Shown here: piece after piece, positions 1 to 11,987 of the stretch
Position numbering within the stretch: position 1 is the stretch's first letter
How the letters are laid out: each line of letters starts with the position of its first letter
NCBI GenBank assembly: GCA_965222615.1
Contig: CBDCUI010000008.1
Location: 992,001 to 1,056,000 of the forward strand
Direction: 5' to 3'
Length of the DNA stretch: 64,000 bases
Origin: Gammaproteobacteria bacterium
GTDB taxonomy: Bacteria > Pseudomonadota > Gammaproteobacteria > UBA4575
Notes under the pieces: model-generated
Told to the model about the DNA's origin: nothing
The model's input: only the letters and a program-made list of their open reading frames with translations
Databases searched by the model: none
Translations under genes and position numbers: made by a program

Positions 1-2
1 GT

Positions 3-962
3 CTAGGTGATTCAACTGCAGCACGTGATATTGAAGCAGTTTCAACAGGTTCATTGGCTTTGGATGTTGCACTTGGTATCGGCGGTTTGCCTAAAGGCAG
101 GGTAGTTGAAATTTATGGTCCAGAATCTTCTGGTAAGACTACACTTACTTTGCAAGTCATCGCGGAATGTCAAAAACAGGGGGGGACCGCTGCTTTTGTT
201 GATGCTGAACATGCTTTAGACCCAGTTTATGCAGAAAAAATTGGGGTAAACGTCGATGATTTACTAGTTTCGCAACCCGACACAGGTGAACAGGCCCTAG
301 AGATTACAGATATGCTAGTTCGATCCGGTGCGGTTGATATTGTAGTGGTAGATTCTGTTGCGGCACTGACACCACGCGTTGAAATAGAAGGGGACATGGG
401 TGACTCCCACATGGGTTTGCAGGCCCGTTTGATGTCTCAAGCCTTACGTAAGCTTACTGGTAACATTAAGCGTTCGAACACAATGGTGATTTTTATTAAT
501 CAGATTCGTATGAAGATAGGTGTCATGTTTGGTAGCCCGGAAACAACTACTGGAGGTAATGCACTTAAGTTTTATGCTTCGGTACGTTTGGATATTCGAC
601 GTATTGGCGCTATTAAGAAAGGTGATGAAATCCTTGGTAATGAAACACGCGTGAAAGTTGTTAAAAACAAATTAGCTCCACCATTTAAAAAAGCAGATTT
701 CGAGATTTTGTATGGTGAAGGCATATCTCGGTTGGGTGAGATCATCGATATGGGTGTTGAAAATGGTATCGTCGATAAAGCCGGCGCATGGTACAGCTAT
801 GAAGGTGAACGCATTGGTCAAGGTAAAGAAAATTCTCGTACCTATCTCAAAGAACATCCTGAAGTGGCAGAGGAAATCGAGACAAAATTACGTAACAAAT
901 TATTACCGAACGCAGATGAACTCAATCAGGAAGTAGAAGAGGAAGAAACCACTGAAGCCTGA
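3..962 (+). CDS. recA: Recombinase A (5' end outside window)
   Basis: Frame open from base 3 ([21 protein letters not shown]); GPESSGKTT Walker [22 protein letters not shown] signature. Confidence 0.99.
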   Translation, partial: LGDSTAARDIEAVSTGSLALDVALGIGGLPKGRVVEIYGPESSGKTTLTLQVIAECQKQGGTAAFVDAEHALDPVYAEKIGVNVDDLLVSQPDTGEQALEITDMLVRSGAVDIVVVDSVAALTPRVEIEGDMGDSHMGLQARLMSQALRKLTGNIKRSNTMVIFINQIRMKIGVMFGSPETTTGGNALKFYASVRLDIRRIGAIKKGDEILGNETRVKVVKNKLAPPFKKADFEILYGEGISRLGEIIDMGVENGIVDKAGAWYSYEGERIGQGKENSRTYLKEHPEVAEEIETKLRNKLLPNADELNQEVEEEETTEA

Positions 963-1404
963 GCGTTCCATAAGAAACACTGCTCTTGATCTCCTGTCTA
1001 GGCGCGAACACACTCGTCTCGAGCTGACAAGAAAGCTAAAAGCCAAACAATTTTCCACAAGTGAAATTGGTGAGCTGCTTGATTGCTTGGAGGGCGAAGG
1101 TTTACAAAGTGACGCACGTTATACCGAAAGCTATGTGCATTCTCGTATACGACGTGGTGTGGGACCTATACGCATTAAGCTTGAATTAAAGGAACGAGGC
1201 GTGCCGGCAGATCTTGTAGACGAACATATCGACTTTCAAGATGAGGTCTGGTTGGATATTGCATGTAAGGAATATGAAAAAAAATTTGGCCAACTTGCTG
1301 CTGAATCTATCAAAGATCGGGCTAAACGTACACGTTTCCTACAATCCCGTGGGTTCACTGGTGATATAATTCAAAAAACTTTTGCTACCTTTATAAGGCG
1401 CTGA
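952..1404 (+). CDS. recX: Regulatory protein RecX (probable CTG start)
   Basis: In-frame [15 protein letters not shown]...RFLQSRGF upstream of the ORF-track start; in-frame stop at 934-936; GAGGA 939-943 precedes CTG 952. Confidence 0.9.
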   Translation: MKPERSIRNTALDLLSRREHTRLELTRKLKAKQFSTSEIGELLDCLEGEGLQSDARYTESYVHSRIRRGVGPIRIKLELKERGVPADLVDEHIDFQDEVWLDIACKEYEKKFGQLAAESIKDRAKRTRFLQSRGFTGDIIQKTFATFIRR

Positions 1405-1464
1405 ATTGGCGCTCACTGTTGATAAAAAGGAAATATCAACATCAGGCTACAAGACGGGATTAAC

Positions 1465-4065
1465 ATGGAACACAGTGCAGCGCTTCGCAGTGCGTTTTTA
1501 AACTTTTTTAAACAAAACGGCCATGAGATCGTGCCGTCTAGTCCATTGGTCCCTGCTAACGACCCAACCTTGCTATTTACCAACGCCGGTATGGTGCAAT
1601 TCAAAGATGTGTTCTTAGGCAAAGAATCTCTTAGCTATTCACGTGCAGTGTCTAGCCAACGCTGTGTTCGTGCGGGTGGCAAACATAATGATTTGGAGAA
1701 TGTTGGTTATACCGCAAGGCACCACACATTTTTTGAGATGTTGGGAAATTTTAGCTTTGGGGATTATTTTAAAGAAGAGGCCATTCACTATGCCTGGGAT
1801 TTTCTCACTAAAGAGATGCAATTACCGCAAGATCGTCTTTGGGTCACGGTATATGAGGAAGATGAAGATGCAGCCAAAATTTGGCTTGATGATCTAAAAG
1901 TTAATGCAAAGCAATTTGCACGCATCGGCGCCAAAGATAACTTTTGGGCAATGGGTGACACAGGTCCATGTGGTCCATGTACGGAAATATTTTATGACCA
2001 TGGCGACAAGGTGCAAGGCGGACCTCCTGGAACAGCTGAGCAAGAAGGGGATCGTTATGTAGAAGTTTGGAACCTCGTTTTTATGCAGTATGAGCGCGAC
2101 AAGCAAGGAAAATTAACCGAATTGCCTAAGCCTTCTGTGGATACTGGCATGGGTTTGGAACGTTTAACAGCGATCATGCAAGGAGTTACGAATAACTACG
2201 ATACCGATTTGTTCAAAGGGATTATCGAAACTACTGCTGATCTAGCCAAGGTTAAGGATCTATCTTTGCCTTCATTGCGTGTGATTGCTGATCATATTCG
2301 TTCTTGTAGTTTTATGATCACCGATAATGTAGTGCCTTCAAATGAAAGCAGGGGTTACGTGTTGCGCCGTATTATTCGACGCGCGGCACGACATGGACAT
2401 AAGCTTGGCATAACCGATCCGTTCTTTTTTAAATTAGTAGACCCGCTTGCAGATGTAATGGGTCAAGCCTTCCCAGAGTTAATGGATGCTCAGCCACGTG
2501 TACAAAAAGTTTTACAAAATGAGGAGCAAAGATTTAGTGAAACTTTACAGCAAGGTATGCGGATTTTACAAGACGATATTGAAAAATTAACGAACGATAC
2601 AATTTCGGGAGAAACCGTTTTTAAACTCTATGACACCTATGGGTTTCCCGCAGATCTCACCGCAGATATCGCACGCGAACAAGGACTAATGATCGATGCG
2701 GCCGGATTTGAACAGCATATGGAAGAACAACGTGAACGTGGTCGGCAAGCCAGTCGCTTTGATGTTGAATATGATGCTTCTATTGCTGTACAGACGAGTT
2801 CTATGTTTACTGGCTATAATCACACACAAGGTGAGGCAGTCATCCAAGAGATTTTTGTTAACAATAAACATGTGCAGGTAATCAATAAAGATGAATCTGG
2901 AATCATTATTTTAGATCAAACCCCGTTTTATGCAGAATCGGGTGGCCAAGTTGGTGACCAGGGTCTATTGAAGAAGGCGGATGCAATCTTCGAGGTTTGC
3001 GATACACAAAAGCAAGGTGATGCTCATGCACATCTTGGTACACTAACATCGGGTTCTTTGGCCGTAGGAGATCAAGTAGCTGCTTTGACAAATGCTGAGC
3101 GTAGGCAAGCGATTGTACTCAATCATTCTGCCACGCACTTGATGCATGCAGCGCTACGTCAGGTATTAGGTACGCATGTGCAACAAAAAGGTTCATTGGT
3201 TGCACCAGACCGCTTACGTTTTGATTTTTCCCATGATGCCCCGGTTACTGAGCAAGAATTGCAAGAAATTGAAAATATCGTGAATACACAGATTCGATTA
3301 AACACTCAGACTAGTGCAAAAATTATGGCAAAAGACCAAGCACTTGCTGCCGGTGCGATGGCTTTGTTTGGAGAAAAGTACGGTGAAGATGTGCGTGTGC
3401 TTTCAATTGGAGATTTCTCTATTGAGTTATGTGGAGGTACGCATGTGGAGCGTGCGGGTGATATTGGTATATTTAAAATTATCTCAGAATCCGGTATTGC
3501 CTCGGGTATACGTCGAATCGAAGCAGTTACTGGCAAGGGTGCATTAGATTGGATTAATGAGAATGAAAGCCAGCTAATGGATATTGCGCATATTGTTAAA
3601 GCATCTAGAAGCGAAGTAAGAGATAAAATCTCACAAATATTTGAGCGAAATCGTGAATTAGAGAAGGAACTCAATCAGCTTAAGTCAAAATTAGCTTCGC
3701 AGGCAGGCAGTGATTTGATTAAAGATGTAATTGAAATCGATGGTTTAAAAGTGCTAGCCCATAAAATAGAAGGTGCCGATGTTAAGTCGCTACGTGATAC
3801 TTTAGATCAATTAAAAAATAAGTTAGGCAGTGCAGCAATCGTATTGGGAACAGCAAATGGCACGAAAGTGAATTTAATTGCAGGAGTTACCAAAGATCAA
3901 GTCGATCGCATTAAAGCGGGAGACCTGGTTAATGCAGTGGCAGAACAGGTTGGCGGTAAAGGTGGTGGTCGCCCCGATATGGCGCAGGCTGGTGGTAATA
4001 AGCCAGAAGCTTTGGATGCTGCTTTACAATCTGTACCAGATTGGGTCAGAGCAAACTTGCAGTAG
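1465..4065 (+). CDS. alaS: Alanine--tRNA ligase
   Basis: [52 protein letters not shown]. Confidence 0.99.
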   Translation: MEHSAALRSAFLNFFKQNGHEIVPSSPLVPANDPTLLFTNAGMVQFKDVFLGKESLSYSRAVSSQRCVRAGGKHNDLENVGYTARHHTFFEMLGNFSFGDYFKEEAIHYAWDFLTKEMQLPQDRLWVTVYEEDEDAAKIWLDDLKVNAKQFARIGAKDNFWAMGDTGPCGPCTEIFYDHGDKVQGGPPGTAEQEGDRYVEVWNLVFMQYERDKQGKLTELPKPSVDTGMGLERLTAIMQGVTNNYDTDLFKGIIETTADLAKVKDLSLPSLRVIADHIRSCSFMITDNVVPSNESRGYVLRRIIRRAARHGHKLGITDPFFFKLVDPLADVMGQAFPELMDAQPRVQKVLQNEEQRFSETLQQGMRILQDDIEKLTNDTISGETVFKLYDTYGFPADLTADIAREQGLMIDAAGFEQHMEEQRERGRQASRFDVEYDASIAVQTSSMFTGYNHTQGEAVIQEIFVNNKHVQVINKDESGIIILDQTPFYAESGGQVGDQGLLKKADAIFEVCDTQKQGDAHAHLGTLTSGSLAVGDQVAALTNAERRQAIVLNHSATHLMHAALRQVLGTHVQQKGSLVAPDRLRFDFSHDAPVTEQELQEIENIVNTQIRLNTQTSAKIMAKDQALAAGAMALFGEKYGEDVRVLSIGDFSIELCGGTHVERAGDIGIFKIISESGIASGIRRIEAVTGKGALDWINENESQLMDIAHIVKASRSEVRDKISQIFERNRELEKELNQLKSKLASQAGSDLIKDVIEIDGLKVLAHKIEGADVKSLRDTLDQLKNKLGSAAIVLGTANGTKVNLIAGVTKDQVDRIKAGDLVNAVAEQVGGKGGGRPDMAQAGGNKPEALDAALQSVPDWVRANLQ

Positions 4066-4123
4066 CCACAATCAATAACCTATAAATAATTTACTAACCA
4101 TTTTTCACGGATAGAAATATAGC

Positions 4124-5344
4124 ATGGCATTAATCGTACAAAAATATGGTGGTACTTCTGTTGGTACAGTAGAAAAAATTGAACATGTTGCAGAAAAAGT
4201 AATTAAATGCAAACGGCAAGATAATCAAGTTGTTGTTGTGGTGTCTGCAATGAGTGGCGAAACCAATCGTTTAATTTCTTTAGCAGAAGAAGTGCAGGGC
4301 GAGATTCCTTATGGAAGAGAGTTAGATGTTTTAGTTTCTACAGGAGAACAAGTTACTATTGCGTTACTATCGATGGCACTCCAAAAGCGTGATTGCCCTG
4401 CCATTTCATCTACAGGTACGCAATTAGATATTCGTACCGATAACAAATTCAATAAAGCACGTATCCAAAATATAGATTCAGCTCGTTTAAAGAAGTTATT
4501 GGATGCCGGCAATGTAGTTGTTGTAGCAGGTTTCCAAGGAGTTGATGATGAAGGCAATATTACGACATTGGGTCGTGGCGGATCCGATACCACTGCCGTT
4601 GCTCTCGCAGCTGCAGTGCAAGCTGATGAATGTCAAATCTACACGGATGTAGATGGTGTATACACAACGGACCCAAGAGTTGAACCCAATGCACGTAGAC
4701 TCGATCGAATTACCTTTGAAGAAATGTTAGAGATGGCCAGTTTAGGTTCAAAAGTATTACAAATTCGTGCAGTAGAATTTGCAGGTAAGTATGATGTGCC
4801 GCTTAGGGTACTATCTACATTCGAAGAAGGGCCAGGAACTCTAATAACCTTTGAGGAAGAAAACATGGAAGACCCATTGATATCTGGAATCGCCTTTAAC
4901 CGGGATGAAGCCCAGTTGACCATCAAAGGCGTGCCGGACCAGCCGGGGGTGGCCGCTCATATTTTGGGTCCAATTTCGGCTGAAAACATCGAAGTTGATA
5001 TGATTGTGCAAAATGTGGGGTCTGATGGCACCACTGATTTCACTTTCACTGTACATAGAAATGACTATGATAAAGCACTGAAAGTACTTGAAACTACTGC
5101 AAAAAAACTCGGAGGAGGACAGGTGGGAGGGGATCCCCATATCGTAAAAGTTTCATTAGTAGGCGTTGGAATGAGGTCTCATGCCGGAATTGCGAGTAGA
5201 ATGTTCACTGCACTAGCGGATGAGAAGATCAATATTAGAATGATCTCCACATCGGAAATTAAAATTTCGGTCGTAATTGAGGAAAAATATTTAGAGCTGG
5301 GCGTGCGCGCCTTACATGAAGCCTTTGAATTAAATCAAGAATAA
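4124..5344 (+). CDS. lysC: Aspartate kinase
   Basis: VQKYGGTS, TTLGRGGSDTTA, two ACT domains; alaS-lysC-csrA synteny. Confidence 0.97.
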   Translation: MALIVQKYGGTSVGTVEKIEHVAEKVIKCKRQDNQVVVVVSAMSGETNRLISLAEEVQGEIPYGRELDVLVSTGEQVTIALLSMALQKRDCPAISSTGTQLDIRTDNKFNKARIQNIDSARLKKLLDAGNVVVVAGFQGVDDEGNITTLGRGGSDTTAVALAAAVQADECQIYTDVDGVYTTDPRVEPNARRLDRITFEEMLEMASLGSKVLQIRAVEFAGKYDVPLRVLSTFEEGPGTLITFEEENMEDPLISGIAFNRDEAQLTIKGVPDQPGVAAHILGPISAENIEVDMIVQNVGSDGTTDFTFTVHRNDYDKALKVLETTAKKLGGGQVGGDPHIVKVSLVGVGMRSHAGIASRMFTALADEKINIRMISTSEIKISVVIEEKYLELGVRALHEAFELNQE

Positions 5345-5498
5345 ATGGAGAATAATGTAGCGGCTAACGTGTAGTGTGATAATAACAAAACAGCTTTGGT
5401 AAGGAGAGAAACCGCAGGAGCATACTTAATATGAATCATGTTAAGCATGTACTGATTAAATATATAACAATAAAAACGGACTATTAGGAGATACGGGA

Positions 5499-5690
5499 AT
5501 GCTGATTTTGACTCGGAGAGTCGGCGAAACGCTGATGATAGGAGATGATGTCACTGTCACTGTGTTAGGAGTGAAGGGTAACCAAGTACGTATTGGTGTC
5601 AATGCGCCGAGAGATGTTGCTGTGCATCGTGAAGAAATTTATGAACGCATTAAGCGTGAAAAGTCGCAAGCATCAGAATCTGCTGGTTGA
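5499..5690 (+). CDS. csrA: Carbon storage regulator CsrA/RsmA
   Basis: [44 protein letters not shown]. Confidence 0.99.
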   Translation: MLILTRRVGETLMIGDDVTVTVLGVKGNQVRIGVNAPRDVAVHREEIYERIKREKSQASESAG

Positions 5691-5726
5691 CAAGTAGTCG
5701 CATCATTAAAGAAACAATCTACTCAA

Positions 5727-5754
5727 GTATCAGGTTCTCGGTCTGATATTTTTT
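5727..5754 (+). terminator. Probable intrinsic terminator of csrA
   Basis: GTATCAGG..TCTGATAT stem followed by T-run. Confidence 0.5.
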
Positions 5755-5796
5755 GTTGTCGTATGTGGCTTATCTATAGATTGAAAGTTTCTAAGA

Positions 5797-5991
5797 TTAT
5801 TTAGAAGCTTTTTTTGCAAGTTTTGTAATCATATCGTTAAACCATAGATACCCAGCGAAAAATAATATAATTGAACCTATAAGTAACAATATCCACCCTA
5901 TGTACTGAATCTCAAAAGGTAAAAAGAAAAATCCTATTCCAATAGCATTTGTGACTAAGGCCAATAGAAGTGTTTGTCGTGGAGTGGGCAT
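5797..5991 (-). CDS. Small two-TM hypothetical protein
   Basis: 64 aa, two hydrophobic segments, basic tail; no clear SD. Confidence 0.5.
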   Translation of the reverse strand: MPTPRQTLLLALVTNAIGIGFFFLPFEIQYIGWILLLIGSIILFFAGYLWFNDMITKLAKKASK

Positions 5992-6024
5992 ATTGATTTA
6001 ATTGCAAATAGAATGGTATCTAAC

Positions 6025-6404
6025 TGGCGGAGAGGGACACTTGCGAGCGGGTATTGCTCGCAAATTGATGCTCGCGTAGCGATTCCATTATACATATTTT
6101 TTCAATAGCATTATGGCACGCACCTTCCATGATGCGGGCTCTCACTCACGTGTCCCTACGCTCGCGCCTGAAGGATTACAAAATACCTTCATAGGAGATT
6201 ATCTAAAAGTTGCTCGCATCCTCCCTGATGCGAACTCTCTCTCGTACTTCCATGTACTCCACCATAAAGGCCGTTGTGGCAAAGCCACAACGTTCAAAAT
6301 TGTTCCAGACAATTTTGTCGAACTCCATTGTTAATATGTCGGGAGTTCGAGACTTACCAACTGCATAAATATTAAAAAAGCCCTTTAAAGGTCTTTTTTA
6401 ATAT
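6025..6404 (-). repeat. tRNA-linked structured trailer, copy A (after tRNA-Arg ACG)
   Basis: Homologous to 6659-6901 and 12584-12935; hairpin, anti-T-arm, GGA hairpins; ends in CCCTCTCCGCCA. Confidence 0.85.
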
Positions 6405-6481
6405 TGGCGCGCCCGGAGAGATTCGAACTCCCGACCCCCTGGTTCGTAGCCAGGTACTCTATCCAACTGAGCTACGGGCGC
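6405..6481 (-). tRNA. tRNA-Arg(ACG)
   Basis: GCGCCCG acceptor, CCTGG-CTACGAA-CCAGG anticodon arm, TTCGAAT T-loop, CCA; 77 nt. Confidence 0.98.
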
Positions 6482-6491
6482 TGATATGAAA

Positions 6492-6504
6492 GCCGGCGAT
6501 TATA
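6492..6504 (-). promoter_or_regulatory. -10 box and GC-rich discriminator of tRNA-Arg promoter
   Basis: Minus strand TATAAT-CGCCGGC just upstream of the tRNA. Confidence 0.6.
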
Positions 6505-6565
6505 ACGAATTAGGCGATTAGAATTACATATATTATTAGGTATCCGATATACTCTTCCATCAATC

Positions 6566-6901
<336 letters not shown>

Positions 6902-7025
6902 ATATTTTACAACTTGTTACGAACGCAAACTCAATACATGCACGTAATTTTTGTAATTTAAGCCTAGTTCTGTAGGTCTCTATAAACGGATTATTTCCAA
7001 TTTAATTAACTATCAAGGAATTGAA

Positions 7026-7982
7026 ATGCTGCTTAAAGTTAGCAAAAACAGTGAAGTAAATGAGTTTGAAGTAACGGATGAAAATCTCTACAAAGAGCGC
7101 AGAAGGTTTTTGCAGTCAACGGCATCTATTTCAGCAGCTTCTTTAGTACCTACTTTTTCATTATGGCCTTCTCTTGGCTCAGCAGGCATAGATTTTACTA
7201 CCATCACGAAGAGCAAATTTTCTACTAATGAGGAATTAACACCTCATGATGCTGTAACTAGCTATAATAATTTTTATGAATTAGGTACTGACAAAGGCGA
7301 TCCAAAACGTAATGCTGGTCAATTAAAGGTAAAACCTTGGAGCGTCAAAGTTGAAGGAGAATGTAATAAACCGGGCGAGTATGACTTAGAAGATTTTATT
7401 TCTTCGACAATACTTGAGGAGCGTATCTATCGCTTACGTTGTGTAGAAGCTTGGTCCATGGTCATACCTTGGGTTGGGGTGGAATTAGGTAAGATATTAA
7501 AGCGTTTCGAACCCACGTCTAAAGCTAAATATGTGGAGTTTGTTACTATATTCGACCCGGATAATTTATCCGGGCAGAAGCGCGCTGTATTGGACTGGCC
7601 ATATCGTGAAGGTCTGCGAATAGATGAAGCCATGCATCCTCTCACCATTTTGGCTGTAGGATTGTATGGCAAAGAACTTCCGAATCAGAATGGAGCGCCA
7701 TTAAGATTGGTAGTGCCTTGGAAATACGGTTTTAAGAGCATTAAATCCATTGTGAGCATTCGTTTTATGGAGCAACAACCACCTACAAGTTGGAATGTTA
7801 CTGGGCCTGAGGAATATGGTTTTTATGCAAACGTTAATCCGGCTGTGAACCATCCGCGTTGGAGTCAAAAACGTGAGCGTAGAATCGGAGAATTTTTAAA
7901 ACGTGAAACTTTGCCTTTTAATGGCTATGCAGATGAGGTTGCTAGTTTATATGCAGGAATGGATCTCAAGAAAAATTATTAA
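7026..7982 (+). CDS. msrP: Protein-methionine-sulfoxide reductase catalytic subunit
   Basis: Tat [43 protein letters not shown]. Confidence 0.97.
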   Translation: MLLKVSKNSEVNEFEVTDENLYKERRRFLQSTASISAASLVPTFSLWPSLGSAGIDFTTITKSKFSTNEELTPHDAVTSYNNFYELGTDKGDPKRNAGQLKVKPWSVKVEGECNKPGEYDLEDFISSTILEERIYRLRCVEAWSMVIPWVGVELGKILKRFEPTSKAKYVEFVTIFDPDNLSGQKRAVLDWPYREGLRIDEAMHPLTILAVGLYGKELPNQNGAPLRLVVPWKYGFKSIKSIVSIRFMEQQPPTSWNVTGPEEYGFYANVNPAVNHPRWSQKRERRIGEFLKRETLPFNGYADEVASLYAGMDLKKNY

Positions 7983-8030
7983 TAAAGAGTAGTAACTAAA
8001 ATTTAATATTCATCAAATTCATATAGACTC

Positions 8031-8624
8031 GTGCAGAAAACCTCCACAGGTAAATCTTTAAAGCCTGTACTTTTTGTTCTTTTACTCATCCCCTTAGCTA
8101 TTCCCATTTATTGGTTTTTTACTAATGGGTTAGGTGCTAACCCAATTGAAACCATTAATCGTTGGACAGGTGACTGGGCGTTAAGAATTTTATTATTAAC
8201 TTTAACATTCTCGCCTTTGATAAGGATAACGCATTGGAATAATATCATTCAGTACAGAAGAATGTTTGGCTTATTTGCGTTTTTCTATGTATGTGTACAT
8301 ATATCATCATATGTTGTATTGGATCAGTTTTTTGATTTTAATGAAATTATAGATGATGTGTTAAAACGACCATTTATTACTGCAGGGTTTTCAGCATTTA
8401 TTTTGCTTATTCCACTTGCTATAACGTCATCTAATAAAATGGTTGAGCGTTTACAGTACCGATGGATTCAGTTACATAAACTGATTTATATTATCGCTAT
8501 CTTAGCTGTGTTACATTTTTGGTGGATGGTGAAAGCAGATAAACGTGAACCAGCTATCTATGCTGTTTTTCTTGCATTTTTGCTTGGGGTTAGATTGCTT
8601 TTCTATTTAAAGAGAAGAATTTAA
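8031..8624 (+). CDS. msrQ: Heme-binding membrane subunit MsrQ
   Basis: RRMFGLFAFFY..H, LAITS, W.QLHKLIY; follows msrP. Confidence 0.95.
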   Translation: MQKTSTGKSLKPVLFVLLLIPLAIPIYWFFTNGLGANPIETINRWTGDWALRILLLTLTFSPLIRITHWNNIIQYRRMFGLFAFFYVCVHISSYVVLDQFFDFNEIIDDVLKRPFITAGFSAFILLIPLAITSSNKMVERLQYRWIQLHKLIYIIAILAVLHFWWMVKADKREPAIYAVFLAFLLGVRLLFYLKRRI

Positions 8625-8637
8625 AGTTATAAGGCAC

Positions 8638-10062
8638 ATGAAATATTCTCATGTCGTTGTTATTGACCAAGGTACGCATTCAACACGTGCAATTATCTAT
8701 AACCAAGCAGGTGATTCGGTATTTAAAGTCCAACAATCGATTGAACTTTTCTATTCTGAAAAATACCATGTTGAACAAGATGCTCAGCAAATCTTAAACT
8801 CATGTCGATATGTCATTGAAAAGTCAAAGGAATACATTGATGGTAATCGGCTACATAAGGTTGCTTTTGCTCTTACGACACAACGTTCAACAGTTGTCGC
8901 TTGGGACTTGCATTCTGGTGCTGCGTTAGCCCCGGCTTTAAGCTGGTTAGATACACGAGCTCAAAGTTATCTGCATTCACTTAAATTAAACGATAAACAA
9001 GTAAAATCTAAAACTGGTCTACCAATTTCGGCTCATTACGGTGCCTCCAAATTAAATTGGTTGTTACAAAATAATTCAAGTGTGAAAAAAGCTAAGCAAG
9101 AGGGTAATCTTTTACTTGGTCCACTTTCATCTTTTTTGATATTTAACCTTCTAGAAAAAAAACCATGCTTTGTAGATTATGCAAATGCACATCGCACGTT
9201 ATTATGGAACTTGAAAACCAGGAACTGGGATCAATCGCTAATGCAAGAATTTGATATTGATGTAACACTATTACCGAAGTGTGTGCCAAATATTTTTGCG
9301 TACGGAAAATTATGCGACTCAAGTTTTCCGTTAATCCTGGCTAATGGGGATCAAAATAGTGCAGTGTGTGGGTATGGAAAACTTGAAAAAAACACAATAT
9401 TTGTAAATATTGGCACAGGTGGATTTGTGTTAGCGGCAGGTCAAAAAACACCAGTGTTAGATTCCCGCTTATTAGCGAGTATTACCTATAGCACGAACGC
9501 AACTCAAGAATATGCGATGGAAGGGACAATTAATGGGGCGGGAGCAGCGCTTACTTGGGCTGAAGATGCTTGGAAAATTAATAACATTGGAAATGTGTCC
9601 TGGCATGATGTAATGGATGTTCCCATATTTCTAAATTCTGTTGGTGGCTTAGGTTCTCCCTATTGGGTAAGTGATTTGCACCCAAAATTTATAGATAAGA
9701 ACAAAAGCTACAGCAGCTATACACATGAGCAATGTAAAGCAGCCATTATGGAGAGCATAGTGTTTCTCATTGCCATAAATATTAATGAAATGCAAAAGCA
9801 TGGTATCAACGCGAACAAGCTTATTGTTGCAGGGGGGTTAAGCACCGATAAAAACTTATGCCAACGCATAGCGGATTTGTGTGAGGTCCCAGTAGTTGCA
9901 TCTAGTTTTAAAGAAGCCACATCTCGTGGTGCCGCATGGCTAAGTTTAGAGCAACCGAATTGGGAGCCCGTTGATATTATTAGCTTTGCTCCCAAAAAGG
10001 ATAAAAACATAATTGCGCGTTATAACAGCTTTAAGATGGAAATTGAGAGGTTAGTCCATTGA
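8638..10062 (+). CDS. FGGY-family kinase, glycerol kinase-like
   Basis: IDQGTHSTRA, TTQRSTVVAWD, GDQ, GTGGF; context with GDPD and GlpD. Confidence 0.85.
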   Translation: MKYSHVVVIDQGTHSTRAIIYNQAGDSVFKVQQSIELFYSEKYHVEQDAQQILNSCRYVIEKSKEYIDGNRLHKVAFALTTQRSTVVAWDLHSGAALAPALSWLDTRAQSYLHSLKLNDKQVKSKTGLPISAHYGASKLNWLLQNNSSVKKAKQEGNLLLGPLSSFLIFNLLEKKPCFVDYANAHRTLLWNLKTRNWDQSLMQEFDIDVTLLPKCVPNIFAYGKLCDSSFPLILANGDQNSAVCGYGKLEKNTIFVNIGTGGFVLAAGQKTPVLDSRLLASITYSTNATQEYAMEGTINGAGAALTWAEDAWKINNIGNVSWHDVMDVPIFLNSVGGLGSPYWVSDLHPKFIDKNKSYSSYTHEQCKAAIMESIVFLIAININEMQKHGINANKLIVAGGLSTDKNLCQRIADLCEVPVVASSFKEATSRGAAWLSLEQPNWEPVDIISFAPKKDKNIIARYNSFKMEIERLVH

Positions 10063-10790
10063 TGAATAGATTGGTTGCGCATCGTGGCGATATGACTAAC
10101 TATCCAGAAAATAGTTTGTTGGCTTTTCGTCGTGCTGTGGAGCTAGGTTTTACCTATATTGAACTAGATGTTCAGTTATCAAAAGATAATGAGCCAATAG
10201 TGATTCATGATGAAAATTTAAAGAGGACTACAAGTGTAAACAAAAATGTAAGAGATTTAATGGCAGAAGAATTAACGACTATACCAATTAACTCACCACA
10301 TCGATTTAACGAAAAAAAGAACCTTTTAAAGGTTCCTACTCTAAGGCAAGTAGTAAAACTATTAAACGGCTATTCTAAAATTAATTTATTTGTAGAAATA
10401 AAAAAAGAAAGTGTTGAACATTTTGATGTTAGGAGTGTTGTAGATAAAGTGTTAGAAGTGCAGAACGATGCAAAATTTAACATTATTATTATCTCGTTCG
10501 TAGATAAAGTTGTTGACTATGTAAAAAGTCAAGAGGTGTATCCAACCGGATTTGTGCTGAAAAAATATGATGAAAAATATCATTTAAAAGCACAAAAACT
10601 AGAGCCGGATTATTTATTTTGTAATATCAAAAAGATTAATCGCCCATCAACATTATGGGTAGGCTCATGGAAATGGGTGCTTTATGACATTAAAAATCCT
10701 GAGTTTGCTTATGAGCTATTAGAACAGGGAGTTTCATTTATTGAAACAGGCGATATCGAAAAACTCAGCAAATTTGAAGAATTTAATTAG
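10059..10790 (+). CDS. Glycerophosphodiester phosphodiesterase
   Basis: VAHRG..PENSL, ELDVQLSKD..IVIHD..L.RT. Confidence 0.92.
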   Translation: MMNRLVAHRGDMTNYPENSLLAFRRAVELGFTYIELDVQLSKDNEPIVIHDENLKRTTSVNKNVRDLMAEELTTIPINSPHRFNEKKNLLKVPTLRQVVKLLNGYSKINLFVEIKKESVEHFDVRSVVDKVLEVQNDAKFNIIIISFVDKVVDYVKSQEVYPTGFVLKKYDEKYHLKAQKLEPDYLFCNIKKINRPSTLWVGSWKWVLYDIKNPEFAYELLEQGVSFIETGDIEKLSKFEEFN

Positions 10791-10796
10791 AATACT

Positions 10797-11981
10797 ATGG
10801 ACTATGATGTTGCAATCATAGGCGGAGGCATACATGGTGTTGGTGTTGCACAAGCAGCGGCTGCGCAGGGTTATCAAACCGTATTGCTTGAGCAATATGA
10901 TCATTTAGCTGAGGGGACCTCATCTCGTTCCAGCAAATTAATTCATGGTGGTTTGCGTTACTTGGAACAATTTGAGCTCTCACTGGTGCGTGAATGTTTA
11001 TTAGAGCGTAGTTATTTACTTGCGAATGCTCCTGATCTTGTAAAACTTGCTCCTGTCTATATTCCGGTTTATAAGGACTCTAAACGTTCTGCATGGATGA
11101 TACGCACTGGTCTATCGTTGTATGCCATGTTGGGCAATCTAAGTGGTAATACCCGATTTAAAAAACTTGATAAAAGCAATTGGAACAATCTGCATGGATT
11201 AGAGGTGCAAAATCTACAAGCAGTTTTTCAATATTATGAAGCACAGACAGATGATCGTTTGCTGACACAGGCAGTGATGCAATCGGCACAGCAGCATGGT
11301 GCTGAGCTTAGACTAAATGCTGAGGTAAATAGGATAGAACTGGATCGAGATCATTGCACAGTCAGCTACGTTGATAAGGTAGGCAAAGAAATTTCTATTA
11401 ATAGTTTGACTGTAGTCAATGCGGCTGGGCCCTGGGCACATGAGGTGCTAAATACAGTACATCCATCGCAGGAGAATGTTGCGGTTGATCTGGTTCAAGG
11501 AACACATATTGTTTTACCAATTTATCTAGATGATGTAATTTTTTATATTGAAAGCCCTCAAGATAAACGACCTGTTTTTGTAATGCCTTGGTATGAGCAT
11601 ACAATGATCGGTACAACAGAAAGTATTTTTAACGATGACCCGAGTAAAACTTATCCTCTTGAACAAGAGATAGAATATTTATTGCAAGCTTTTTATCACT
11701 ATTTTCCAAAATATAAGCATCAAAAAATGCAAATAAATGAAAAGTTTGCGGGCTTGCGTGTATTACCAAGGAATCAACAAGATGCCAATAAACGCTCTAG
11801 GGAAACTATTTTCTTACGTGACCGTAAACACAAACCTCGGATTTTATCGATATTTGGTGGTAAATTAACGGCCTACCGCAAAACCGCTGAGCATGTGCTT
11901 GACTATCTAGACACCTCACTGCCATTAGCAAAATATCAAATTGATACTAGAGAATTGAAATTGACAAGACCAAACAATTGA
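10797..11981 (+). CDS. glpD: FAD-dependent glycerol-3-phosphate dehydrogenase/oxidase
   Basis: IGGGIHG, GTSSRSSKLIHGGLRYLE, GGKLTAYR. Confidence 0.85.
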   Translation: MDYDVAIIGGGIHGVGVAQAAAAQGYQTVLLEQYDHLAEGTSSRSSKLIHGGLRYLEQFELSLVRECLLERSYLLANAPDLVKLAPVYIPVYKDSKRSAWMIRTGLSLYAMLGNLSGNTRFKKLDKSNWNNLHGLEVQNLQAVFQYYEAQTDDRLLTQAVMQSAQQHGAELRLNAEVNRIELDRDHCTVSYVDKVGKEISINSLTVVNAAGPWAHEVLNTVHPSQENVAVDLVQGTHIVLPIYLDDVIFYIESPQDKRPVFVMPWYEHTMIGTTESIFNDDPSKTYPLEQEIEYLLQAFYHYFPKYKHQKMQINEKFAGLRVLPRNQQDANKRSRETIFLRDRKHKPRILSIFGGKLTAYRKTAEHVLDYLDTSLPLAKYQIDTRELKLTRPNN

Positions 11982-11987
11982 GGAGAT

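Noticed and set aside
6113-6334. ORFs 6113-6334, 12632-12940, 6706-6975 and 12484-12717, two of them with similar translations
   Set aside because: They are shadows of the tRNA trailer repeat or the tRNA; the similarity is explained at DNA level and no SD is evident.
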